From assembly GCA_947625645.1 (NCBI GenBank), contig CANQPE010000003.1, positions 14,916-78,915 on the forward strand: a DNA stretch of 64,000 bases, written 5' to 3'. Under the pieces are notes generated by a model. It saw only the letters and a program-made list of their open reading frames with translations. It ran no database searches and was not told where the DNA came from. Positions 9,651 to 20,237 of this stretch are shown one piece after another. The stretch comes from an uncultured Clostridia bacterium. GTDB lineage: Bacteria > Bacillota > Clostridia > TANB77 > CAG-508. Both the position numbers and the translations under genes were made by a program. Within the stretch, counting starts at the first letter, position 1, and each line of letters opens with the position of its first letter.

Positions 9651-9900
9651 AATTATTGGAAAAATATGATATCAGTAACTATATAGTAGCAGCTTGTTTA
9701 AGATGGACTCCCAACAGGCAAAAAAAATTAATAGAATACATGAAGCGAAACAATATCAGTTTAACGATACCAAACCCTAAAGGTGAGCAAATATTAAACC
9801 CTATATTAAATGTTAGCAAATCTCAATTAAAGCAAAAATATGGAATCGATATAAAAACAATTGAAACTGCTAGAATACCAGAAGGAGAAAATAGATAGAT

Positions 9901-10176
9901 ATGGATATTAATGTAAGTGAATTAAAAGAAAAATTTGAAAAAGATGTTTTTGAACATTTAAATAAAGAAAATTTTTTTAATATCATCAAATTTTTACAAA
10001 AAGAAGATTGTGATTTTATAGAAGATATCATAACAAATTACTTAGATTTGTTTACAATAGATTATGAAACATTTGTAAATCAATATCATCGTTTAAATGC
10101 AAACTACCATGGGCAATTTTTAAAAAAAGCAAGCGAGAATATGAATTTACTTGAAGAATTTTATTCAGCTGTTTAA
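9901..10176 (+). CDS. Small acidic helical protein of unknown function
   Basis: 91-aa ORF starting 3 nt after the repeat-protein stop. There is no recognisable motif. Confidence 0.5.
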   Translation: MDINVSELKEKFEKDVFEHLNKENFFNIIKFLQKEDCDFIEDIITNYLDLFTIDYETFVNQYHRLNANYHGQFLKKASENMNLLEEFYSAV

Positions 10177-10184
10177 AGCCATGT

Positions 10185-10249
10185 GGGACAAATAGGGACG
10201 TATCTTTTTTGTCCATTAAGGACAAAAAAGATACGTCCCTATTTGTCCC
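10185..10249. repeat. Palindromic intergenic element, copy C (65 bp)
   Basis: Sequence: gggacaaatagggacgtatcttttttgtcc-attaa-ggacaaaaaagatacgtccctatttgtccc. It lies between convergent stops at 10176 and 10253. Confidence 0.95.
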
Positions 10250-10252
10250 TAG

Positions 10253-11356
10253 CTAGTTTATGATTTCACTCATCACTTTTGCTAGATACTTCATACTGGT
10301 TAAGCTTTGTTCTAACGTATTTCCTGTTGCTCCCACTTCTATAATGCTCGCGTACTTTCCGACATGTTGGTTATATCGGTTCTCTGTGATGGATATGGGT
10401 TTAAATAGGCCTGGATACATCTCTTCTGCTTTTTGTTGCAACTTGATAGCAAATTTTAAATTTTGTTGCCAGTTGGGATGTTGCAGTCCCCCTTCATTGG
10501 TTCCTATCACAAACATCATCTGAGCGGCATAGTCCTCTCCTATTTTGACAGTTGGTGCATAATCACTTCTGCTCCCAATGGCATCTCGATGCAAATCAAT
10601 AATAATATCTGATGGATGGGATTTCAAAATATTTTCTACCGTTGCTAGTGACCTGGTATAAGAACCGTTATATGCCGGATAATCATGATAACTTGTATCA
10701 TGTATAACAGGTATATTATATTGTTTTAGTTGTGTTTCTAATTCACTCCCCACACCTGTTACTGTATATTTTAAATCCGTGGTTCGAAATGTTCCTGTTG
10801 GCGTGTAAGGATATTGGTCACTTGATGTGTAACTTTCACAACTATGGGTATGGTAGATGACAACATTTTTATTGGGGATTTCTATATCTGGTGTTAGTAT
10901 TTCTTCTGTTAAAGTGATATTGGTTCCATTTTTTATTTTGACATTTCCATACTGTGCATTAAAACTTTCAGCAATTGGTTGATTGGTGACCACTTGTGTT
11001 TCTATTCCTGTTTTTACTTCTTCCTTTACATCTGGTACTTGCTCTGGAACCTCTTCTACTTCTTCTATTTCGTGTTTTTCACTTTTGGGAATGGTTTTTA
11101 TTGCACTAATTTGCGTTCCTAAAAAAGCCTCAATAAAATTACTCTCTGTTTTCTCTGATATTTCTTCTGTCCCTTCTATTTTACTAATAAGCGGAATCTG
11201 TGTTTCCAATGCATTTTCCTCTAAATCAATACTTACATGAATTTTTCTTTGGTTACGCAAAAATCTTGTAGCCACGATAACCATAACAATGGATATAGAA
11301 ATGACTACAAGATATCGTAACATATCTTTTAATCGAAAAACTGCAACATTAAACAT
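10253..11356 (-). CDS. spoIIP: Stage II sporulation protein P (SpoIIP amidase family)
   Basis: N-terminal TM helix, then the motifs VVIYHTHSCESY, IIIDLHRDA and MMFVIGT. Confidence 0.85.
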   Translation of the reverse strand: MFNVAVFRLKDMLRYLVVISISIVMVIVATRFLRNQRKIHVSIDLEENALETQIPLISKIEGTEEISEKTESNFIEAFLGTQISAIKTIPKSEKHEIEEVEEVPEQVPDVKEEVKTGIETQVVTNQPIAESFNAQYGNVKIKNGTNITLTEEILTPDIEIPNKNVVIYHTHSCESYTSSDQYPYTPTGTFRTTDLKYTVTGVGSELETQLKQYNIPVIHDTSYHDYPAYNGSYTRSLATVENILKSHPSDIIIDLHRDAIGSRSDYAPTVKIGEDYAAQMMFVIGTNEGGLQHPNWQQNLKFAIKLQQKAEEMYPGLFKPISITENRYNQHVGKYASIIEVGATGNTLEQSLTSMKYLAKVMSEIIN

Positions 11357-11445
11357 ATATATTCTCCTTAGTAGTTATCTTGTCTATATATATGTATGCT
11401 GCAGTTTGTTTTTTATTCTTGTATAACATCATTATTTTTACTTTT

Positions 11446-12873
11446 TTAAGATTGTGTTTCTTGTGTTGTCTCATTTGTATTTTCATTTACCGTTTCATTG
11501 CTGGTTACATCCGTACTAGTATTTGTATTCGTTGTGGTAGAATTTCCAGATGCTTTAACGCCAATTGAATCTAACCAATCTTCAATATCATTTCGATTAT
11601 TGTTATAATTTAAATAATAGTGGCGTTTTCCAGATTCTATTGATAAGTAAATATCGTCTGCTCTTGTTGGGAACACTTCTCCTCCTGAACTATTAATCAA
11701 TCCATATTTTTTGTCTTTGCATGTAACAATGACATTATAGTTTGGTACAACCAATAAATTAAGCGCATCTCGGTTACTGTTTGCAATATACCCAAAACTA
11801 TCAAATTGGAAGTCTACAATTTGTTCTCCATTTTTATTGACCAATCCCCAATAATCACCTTTTTTAACAGGAATTAGATTATCTACTAATAAATATGGGT
11901 TACGAATATCATTTTGCTCAAAAGGTGAAATATTAATACCAATTTGGTCATTTTCAATATATAATTTTGTATTACCTCTTACATCAATAATTCCATACTT
12001 TTTGTCTCTTTCCGCAACATAAAGTCCAGCATCCATATCCATTAATTGCAAACTGTCATACAAAATTTGAACTCTCATATCGCCATTTTTTGAAATAATT
12101 CCAACTTTTCCATTGTTAACGGCATAAAAGTCTCCTGTTTCTGGAATGTATGTAACTTTAGAATACTTAGGTTCAATAATTACATTTCCTTGTAAGTCAA
12201 TGACTCCCATCATTTTCTCATCTGTCTCAACAATTAATCTACTCTCAAAAATAGATTTATAATTGTTAAACTCTTGGTTAATTTTAGCATACCCTTTATC
12301 TAAAACCATAGCATTATAGCTTTGTACTAAATAATCCATTGTATAGATATCAATACGATTTTCTGCCGTATTGTTATAACTTACGTTAAATGCGCTTTCC
12401 ATTCCATCTGTTGATATATACAACTTTCCATTAATTGCTTTTACGGGTTGTTTGCTATAAAAATATTTATAACTAGCATTAGAAGCCTGCATTTCTAATT
12501 TATAAATTTTATTAGAATTTAATACAAAATTTGCAATTTCATTATTACTTTGAATATAACATTTATTTTTTTCTTCTGACCTTTCTGCATAGTCACCACT
12601 ATAACTTTCATATCCTAGGTATGAAGCAATATCTCGAATTGGAACATAGGTAGTTGAACCTTCCTCAACTAACATATCTGCTAAATCAGTTTGTAATTTG
12701 TCATCCACATATACCTTTAATGTTGCATTTTTTAGATATGACAATGTCATCACAATTCCAATAATGGCTATTACAATTAAAACAATACTGGCTAATATAA
12801 TTTTAGGTAACAATTTTGAATTTTTTGGTTTTTTGGTTGTAAAACTTTCTTCAATAATGTTCATTTGTATCAC
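11446..12873 (-). CDS. Membrane-anchored WG-repeat (KWG-type) protein
   Basis: N-terminal TM helix and repeated motifs (MGVIDLQGNVIIEPKY, KYGIIDVRGN, YWGLVNKNGEQIV, KYGLINSSGGEVF). The tail is T/N/S-rich. Confidence 0.7.
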   Translation of the reverse strand: MIQMNIIEESFTTKKPKNSKLLPKIILASIVLIVIAIIGIVMTLSYLKNATLKVYVDDKLQTDLADMLVEEGSTTYVPIRDIASYLGYESYSGDYAERSEEKNKCYIQSNNEIANFVLNSNKIYKLEMQASNASYKYFYSKQPVKAINGKLYISTDGMESAFNVSYNNTAENRIDIYTMDYLVQSYNAMVLDKGYAKINQEFNNYKSIFESRLIVETDEKMMGVIDLQGNVIIEPKYSKVTYIPETGDFYAVNNGKVGIISKNGDMRVQILYDSLQLMDMDAGLYVAERDKKYGIIDVRGNTKLYIENDQIGINISPFEQNDIRNPYLLVDNLIPVKKGDYWGLVNKNGEQIVDFQFDSFGYIANSNRDALNLLVVPNYNVIVTCKDKKYGLINSSGGEVFPTRADDIYLSIESGKRHYYLNYNNNRNDIEDWLDSIGVKASGNSTTTNTNTSTDVTSNETVNENTNETTQETQS

Positions 12874-12914
12874 ATTCCTTTCCAGAGTGTTTTCTTGCAG
12901 TTTTCTTATATGGT

Positions 12915-15059
<2,145 letters not shown>

Positions 15060-15079
<20 letters not shown>

Positions 15080-15764
15080 GAACTGCCTCCTTAATCATTT
15101 CTACGCTTTCATTAACATAATTTAATAATTCTTGTTTGCTATATAATTGGTATATTTCTTCCACCATCTCTTGGTTATGTTTCATCGTTTCCTCTATATA
15201 TTGGAACGTTTTTTGAATATCTTCGTTGGTATAGGTAAATTCTTGTAGTGCTTGACTCCAGATTTGTATCTTCTCATCATAACAAGGGTACTCAATATTT
15301 CTATGCTGCCTTAGATATTGTTCAAACACATGTAAATCTCTATGTTTTATTTTTTGAATTTCTAAAAAAGGAAAAATTTGAACATGGTGTTCCTGCAACG
15401 TAATTTTTAACAATCCTTTTTCTTTATCATGCATTTCATAATGATTTTCATATAATTGCTTGTTCCAATAATAATCTGTCAATAAGTGTGTATAATACCC
15501 TAAAATGACAGGATTTTGGAATTGTGCTTGATACTGTTTTTGAAACCTTTTTACATCTGGCATATCTACTTTCATCCCATGAATTGTTTCACGGTATGGA
15601 TAATGTGTAGAATAATCTTTTACCACGATAGAAGGGTTTGGTGTATTATGCCCCTCAAAAATATCTGGCATAAGATTTGCAAATGTAAATATATTTTGGT
15701 TTGGTACTCGAATCTCTTTACATACCTGATTTACAATCGCTAAATGAATCGTCCAAGATGGCAT
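15060..15764 (-). CDS. Hypothetical His-rich protein, possibly of the zinc-dependent phospholipase C-like family
   Basis: [10 protein letters not shown]..., [10 protein letters not shown] and [12 protein letters not shown]. The start was moved to the ATG at 15764 (RBS GGAGGAGAG), because the ORF-track extension is a translated palindromic element. Confidence 0.45.
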
Positions 15765-15792
15765 AGCGCTCTCCTCCTCTATTGAACAATTA

Positions 15793-15856
15793 GGAACAAT
15801 TAGGGACGGTTCTTTTTTGTCCCAAAGGGACAAAAAAGAACCGTCCCTAATTGTCC
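15793..15856. repeat. Palindromic intergenic element, copy D (AATT subtype)
   Basis: Sequence: ggaacaattagggacggttcttttttgtccc-aaa-gggacaaaaaagaaccgtccctaattgtcc. There is one extra A in the left arm. It abuts and overlaps the pnp stop codon (15856-15858). Confidence 0.9.
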
Positions 15857-17958
15857 TATGTTAAATCTTTCATTGTCAAATTGATTCTGCCTTGCTCATC
15901 GATATCTGTTACTTTAACCGTAACTTTATCGCCTACATGTAAAACATCCTCTACACTTTTGATTCTTTCTTCTGAAATCTTAGAAATGTGCAATAGTCCT
16001 TCTTTTCCGCCACATCCTAAATCCACAAATGCTCCAAATGCCAAAATTCTTGTGACTTCTCCATAATAAATTCCGCCTACTTCTACATCTCTTGCAATGT
16101 CTTCTACCATTTCAAGTGCTTGGATTGCTTTTTCTGAATCTGACGAATAAATAAATACTTTTCCGTCTTCTTCAATATCAATTTTAACCCCTGTTTCCTC
16201 AATGATTTTATTAATCATCTTTCCACCAGGTCCAATGACATCTTTGATTTTATCTACTTTAATGGTTGTTGCAACAATACGTGGTGCATATTTTGATATG
16301 TCTTCTCTTGGCTCACGAATCACTGGCAACATGACATTTTCCAAAATATATTTTCTTGCAATTCTTGTTCGTTCAAAGGCTTCTGCAATGACTGCATAAG
16401 ATAATCCATCTACTTTAATGTCAACTTGAATTGCTGTAATTCCTTTTTCTGTTCCTCCAACTTTAAAGTCCATATCTCCGAAAAAGTCTTCTAATCCTTG
16501 AATATCGGTTAACATCACATAATCATTTTCATCTTCTGGGTTTGTAACCAATCCTGTTGAAATTCCTGCTACTGGTCTTTTAATTGGTACTCCTGCTGCC
16601 ATTAATGACAATGTGCTTCCACAAATACTTGCTTGAGAAGTTGAACCATTTGATGATAATACTTCAGACACAACTCTAATGGCATATGGAAATTCTTCTT
16701 TTGATGGTAGTACTGGTACTAACGCCTTTTCAGCCAATGCTCCATGTCCAATTTCTCTTCTTCCTGGTCCTCTAGATGGTCTGGCTTCTCCTACGCTATA
16801 ACTTGGGAAGTTATATTGATGCATATATCTCTTTGATTCTTCTGTGTCAATGCCATCTAATGTTTGTTCTTCACTTATCATTCCTAATGTTGTCACAGAT
16901 AATACTTGTGTTTGACCTCTTGTAAATAAGGCACTTCCATGTACACGTGGTAATAAATCAATTTCACAAGATAATGGTCTAATTTCATCCAATTTTCTAC
17001 CATCCACTCTTTTGTGTTCATAGAAAATCATGTCTCTTACACATTTCTTCTCTAGTTTATAGATGGCCTCTCCAATATCTTGCTTGTGTTCTTCAAACTG
17101 TTCTTCTCCAAATGTTTCGCAATAACTTTCTGCAATTTTATCTGATAAAGCGGCAATATGGTTGTCCCTTGTTTCTTTGTCAACTTCTTGCACTTGTTCT
17201 TTCATTTCTTCTGTGAAATTTTCTGCAATATATTCATAAACATCATGGTCTACTTCAAAAGATTTGTATGCAAATTTTGGTTTTCCAATTTCCTCTTTCA
17301 TTTTTTGGATAAATTGACATATCTTTTTGATTTCTTCATGACCTTTTTTAATTGCCTGAAGCATAACATCGTCTGGAATTTCGTTTGCTCCTGCTTCTAT
17401 CATAGCAATTTTCTCTTGTGTTCCAGCTACTGTTAAATTTAAATCTGTTTTCGCTCTTTGGGCTTCTGTTGGATTAATGATAATTTCTCCATCCACAATA
17501 CCAACGTTTACAGCAGCAGTTGGTCCACCAAATGGAATATCTGAAATAGAAAGTGCTGCTGATGCTCCTATCATAGCTGCTACTTCTGGTGAATTGTCTT
17601 GTTCAACTGATAAAACGGTTGCTACAACAACAACATCGTTTCTAAAATCTTTTGGAAATAGTGGTCTTAATGGTCTATCAATTGCTCTTGAAGTTAGTAT
17701 TGCTTTATCTGCTGGCTTTCCTTCTCTTTTTTGGAAAGAGCCTGGAATTTTTCCAACTGCATATAATTTTTCTTCATAATCTACTGATAATGGGAAAAAG
17801 TCAATCCCTTCTTTTGGTTCTTTAGAAGCTGTTACATTAACCATAACAACTGTATCCCCATACCTTACTAAAACACTTCCATTGGCTAGTCCTGCCATTT
17901 TTCCCGTTTCAAATACAAGTGGTCTTCCTGCTAATTCTGTTTCAAACGTTCTAAACAT
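15856..17958 (-). CDS. pnp: Polyribonucleotide nucleotidyltransferase (PNPase)
   Basis: About 700 aa with two RNase PH domains, KH and S1. The sequence begins MFRTFETELAGRPL. The ATG at 17958 is preceded by AAGGAGG. Confidence 0.95.
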   Translation of the reverse strand: MFRTFETELAGRPLVFETGKMAGLANGSVLVRYGDTVVMVNVTASKEPKEGIDFFPLSVDYEEKLYAVGKIPGSFQKREGKPADKAILTSRAIDRPLRPLFPKDFRNDVVVVATVLSVEQDNSPEVAAMIGASAALSISDIPFGGPTAAVNVGIVDGEIIINPTEAQRAKTDLNLTVAGTQEKIAMIEAGANEIPDDVMLQAIKKGHEEIKKICQFIQKMKEEIGKPKFAYKSFEVDHDVYEYIAENFTEEMKEQVQEVDKETRDNHIAALSDKIAESYCETFGEEQFEEHKQDIGEAIYKLEKKCVRDMIFYEHKRVDGRKLDEIRPLSCEIDLLPRVHGSALFTRGQTQVLSVTTLGMISEEQTLDGIDTEESKRYMHQYNFPSYSVGEARPSRGPGRREIGHGALAEKALVPVLPSKEEFPYAIRVVSEVLSSNGSTSQASICGSTLSLMAAGVPIKRPVAGISTGLVTNPEDENDYVMLTDIQGLEDFFGDMDFKVGGTEKGITAIQVDIKVDGLSYAVIAEAFERTRIARKYILENVMLPVIREPREDISKYAPRIVATTIKVDKIKDVIGPGGKMINKIIEETGVKIDIEEDGKVFIYSSDSEKAIQALEMVEDIARDVEVGGIYYGEVTRILAFGAFVDLGCGGKEGLLHISKISEERIKSVEDVLHVGDKVTVKVTDIDEQGRINLTMKDLT

Positions 17959-18105
17959 AAAAAATTCCTCCTTCATGGAAAAAGCTACTTTTTAAGGACG
18001 TAACCTCTATCATGTGTTATTTTTTAGCATATGATACAAGCTACCTACCTAAATTTCACTTTTTCTTTTTTGTATTAATTTGCACCAAATTTTGCTTTTA
18101 TATTC

Positions 18106-18140
18106 TACAAAAAGCCTATGCCAAATGTGCATGGGCTTTT
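18106..18140 (-). terminator. Hairpin plus U-tract after rpsO (in the rpsO-pnp intergenic leader)
   Basis: The minus strand reads gcccatgc-acatttg-gcataggc followed by ttttg. A second hairpin (ctataggg...ccctatag) lies at about 18144-18175. Confidence 0.6.
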
Positions 18141-18184
18141 TGTGGCTATAGGAAAAATAGCTTTTCCCTATAACCGAAATCCAA

Positions 18185-18448
18185 TTATTTTCTTAGTCCT
18201 AATTTTTCTACAATGTCTCTGTATCTTTGTAGGTCTTTTTTTGCTAAATAATTTAATAAATTTCTTCTCTTACCTACCATTTTTAATAGTCCACGTCTAG
18301 AATGATTGTCTTTTACATGAACTTTTAAATGTTCTGTTAATTCATTAATTCTCTGTGTTAAAAGAGCAATTTGTACTTCTGGTGAACCAGTATCATTTTC
18401 CTCTCTTTTATATGTGTTAATGATTTCTTGTTTTCTTTCTTTTGTCAT
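18185..18448 (-). CDS. rpsO: 30S ribosomal protein S15
   Basis: [44 protein letters not shown]... The RBS AGGAGG lies 8 nt upstream of the ATG at 18448. Confidence 0.95.
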   Translation of the reverse strand: MTKERKQEIINTYKREENDTGSPEVQIALLTQRINELTEHLKVHVKDNHSRRGLLKMVGKRRNLLNYLAKKDLQRYRDIVEKLGLRK

Positions 18449-18543
18449 CTCATACACCTCCTAATCAATTTTTTCACCTCTAACTGAGCACATAGCTGGT
18501 GCTTTCTATCAGCTAAGAAAAAGGTTCAAATTTTTACGTATCC

Positions 18544-18572
18544 ATTGTACTATATTTTTCAAGAAAAATCAA
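18544..18572 (-). promoter_or_regulatory. Sigma-A-type promoter for rpsO
   Basis: The minus strand reads TTGATT, a 17-nt spacer, then TACAAT. This leaves a 5' UTR of about 85 nt. Confidence 0.5.
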
Positions 18573-18616
18573 GTATTTTTTCTAAAAAATTAGAACAATG
18601 ATTGGATACAGCGTTT

Positions 18617-18681
18617 GGGACAAATAGGGACGGTTCTTTTTTGACCCTAAGGGTCAAAAAAGAACCGTCCCTATTTGTCCC
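18617..18681. repeat. Palindromic intergenic element, copy E (65 bp, identical to copy A)
   Basis: Same 65-nt sequence as 4602-4666. It lies 6 nt from the fmt stop (18688). Confidence 0.95.
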
Positions 18682-18687
18682 TACCCG

Positions 18688-19638
18688 TCAGAACCCGTCA
18701 GAAAACGTGTCTCCTTCTTGCATAGCGTTTCCTCTTAAATAATCTTGTATTGACATTCTTTTGGCATTTTCGCCTTGTATTTCTAAAACTCTTAGCATAC
18801 CCTTTTTGGTTTTTATCACTATCCCCTCTTTTGCATTTACTTTCACAATCGTTCCATTGGTTACCTCTTGATCACACATTCTTGCTTCTGGTTTGACTTT
18901 CCAAAATTTGATTTTTTTCCCTTTATAATAGGTGTATGCCCCCATAATTGGGTTAAGACCTCTTACTAAATTGGTTATTTGCTGTGCATCTTTTGCCTCC
19001 CAGTCAATTTTTGCCATTTGCTTAGATAACATTGGTGCCATTGAAAAATTTTCTCCTTGTTTGTGTCTCGGTGCTGTCCCACTTTCAATTTCTTCTAGTG
19101 TTCTAACTAATAACTGTGCTCCCAATTCGGCTAATCTATCCCATAGTTCTCCCGTTGTTTCTTCTTCGCTAATGGCAACTTCTTGTGTTAAAATGATATC
19201 GCCCGTGTCCATTCCTTCATCCATATACATGGTAGATACGCCTGTCGTTTTATCTCCATTTAGCACTGCCCACTGGATAGGTGCTGCCCCTCTGTATTTT
19301 GGCAATAAAGAAGCATGGACATTAATACAACCATAACGTGGAATTTCTAAAATTTCTTTTGGCAAAATTTTGCCATAGGCAACAACACAAATAACATCTG
19401 GGCGAAGGCTTTTTAATTCTTCTATCAATTCTCTATTGGCTTTTACTGCTTGTGGCTGTTCTACTTGTAAATGATGTTCAAGCGCAAACTGCTTAACAGG
19501 TGATGGTGTTAATTTCATTCCTCTTCCTTGTGGTTTATCTGTGTTTGTGATAACTCTTATCATTTCATAGCCTTTTTGATAGATGGCCTCTAAACTTTTC
19601 ATTGCAAAATCTGGTGTTCCCATAAAAACAACTTTCAA
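18688..19638 (-). CDS. fmt: Methionyl-tRNA formyltransferase
   Basis: (L)KVVFMGTPDFA and HASLLPKYRGAAPIQWAV. The likely start is the TTG at 19638, preceded by AAAGGAGAG. Confidence 0.9.
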   Translation of the reverse strand: MKVVFMGTPDFAMKSLEAIYQKGYEMIRVITNTDKPQGRGMKLTPSPVKQFALEHHLQVEQPQAVKANRELIEELKSLRPDVICVVAYGKILPKEILEIPRYGCINVHASLLPKYRGAAPIQWAVLNGDKTTGVSTMYMDEGMDTGDIILTQEVAISEEETTGELWDRLAELGAQLLVRTLEEIESGTAPRHKQGENFSMAPMLSKQMAKIDWEAKDAQQITNLVRGLNPIMGAYTYYKGKKIKFWKVKPEARMCDQEVTNGTIVKVNAKEGIVIKTKKGMLRVLEIQGENAKRMSIQDYLRGNAMQEGDTFSDGF

Positions 19639-19689
19639 CTTTTTTTCTCTCCTTTTTCGTGAAATTTTATCCTTCATTGAAAAAAGGTA

Positions 19690-20181
19690 TTATTCTGTTT
19701 TTCCCTTTTCTTCTGGCTCTACATATTCTAATGTTCCTGGCAAAACTTTATTGACAAAAACTTCACCCTCTAAGTGATCTACCTCATGGCAAATGGCTTG
19801 GGCTAATAATTCTTTTGCTTTCAATTTTTTCTTTTTCCCTTCTCGGTCAAGGTATTCCACCACAACTTCTGCTGGTCGTATCATTTTGCCAAAACGATTG
19901 GGAAAACTCAAACATCCTTCTTCGACTTCTTGCTCCCCTTTTGTTTTTAAAATTCTAGGATTAATCAAAGCAATTGGTCCATTTTCATCATACAAATCAA
20001 TGACTATGACTCTCTTTAAAATTCCTACTTGCACAGCCGCCAACCCTACACCGTTAAATTTATGCATGGTTTCTATCATATCATCAATTAATATTTGAAT
20101 TCTGTCATCTATTGAATCAACCTCTCTTGATTTTTTATATAAAATTTCGTCTCCCTCTAATCGTATGTTTCTAATTGCCAT
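19690..20181 (-). CDS. def: Peptide deformylase
   Basis: GVGLAAVQVG, EGCLSFP and HEVDHLEG motifs. Confidence 0.95.
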   Translation of the reverse strand: MAIRNIRLEGDEILYKKSREVDSIDDRIQILIDDMIETMHKFNGVGLAAVQVGILKRVIVIDLYDENGPIALINPRILKTKGEQEVEEGCLSFPNRFGKMIRPAEVVVEYLDREGKKKKLKAKELLAQAICHEVDHLEGEVFVNKVLPGTLEYVEPEEKGKTE

Positions 20182-20237
20182 TTTTACTCACATTCCTTTC
20201 TTGGCACAAATCCGATTGGAAAAAATCTTAACTACCC

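Larger units (their letters stand above)
7651..9898 (+). pseudogene. Interrupted CDS (conventionally two ORFs or a frameshift): protein built of about 20 tandem 30-aa helical repeats. The frames join by a +1 shift at the in-frame CGG at 8548.
   Basis: ORFs 7624-8589 (frame 1) and 8513-9898 (frame 2) carry the same repeat, LDCWKxPKFQKLLTPxIWxxxAxEIQDILx. Skipping C8548 gives ...KTKPSII-G-QIKSILNLDNW... in one frame. The ATG at 7651 follows AGGAAAGGA. Confidence 0.7.

Noticed and set aside
18681-18700. Direct repeat cccgtcagaa-cccgtcagaa at the fmt 3' end as a regulatory site
   Set aside because: It is a single 10-nt duplication that spans the stop codon, with no further copies or structure, so it is probably incidental.
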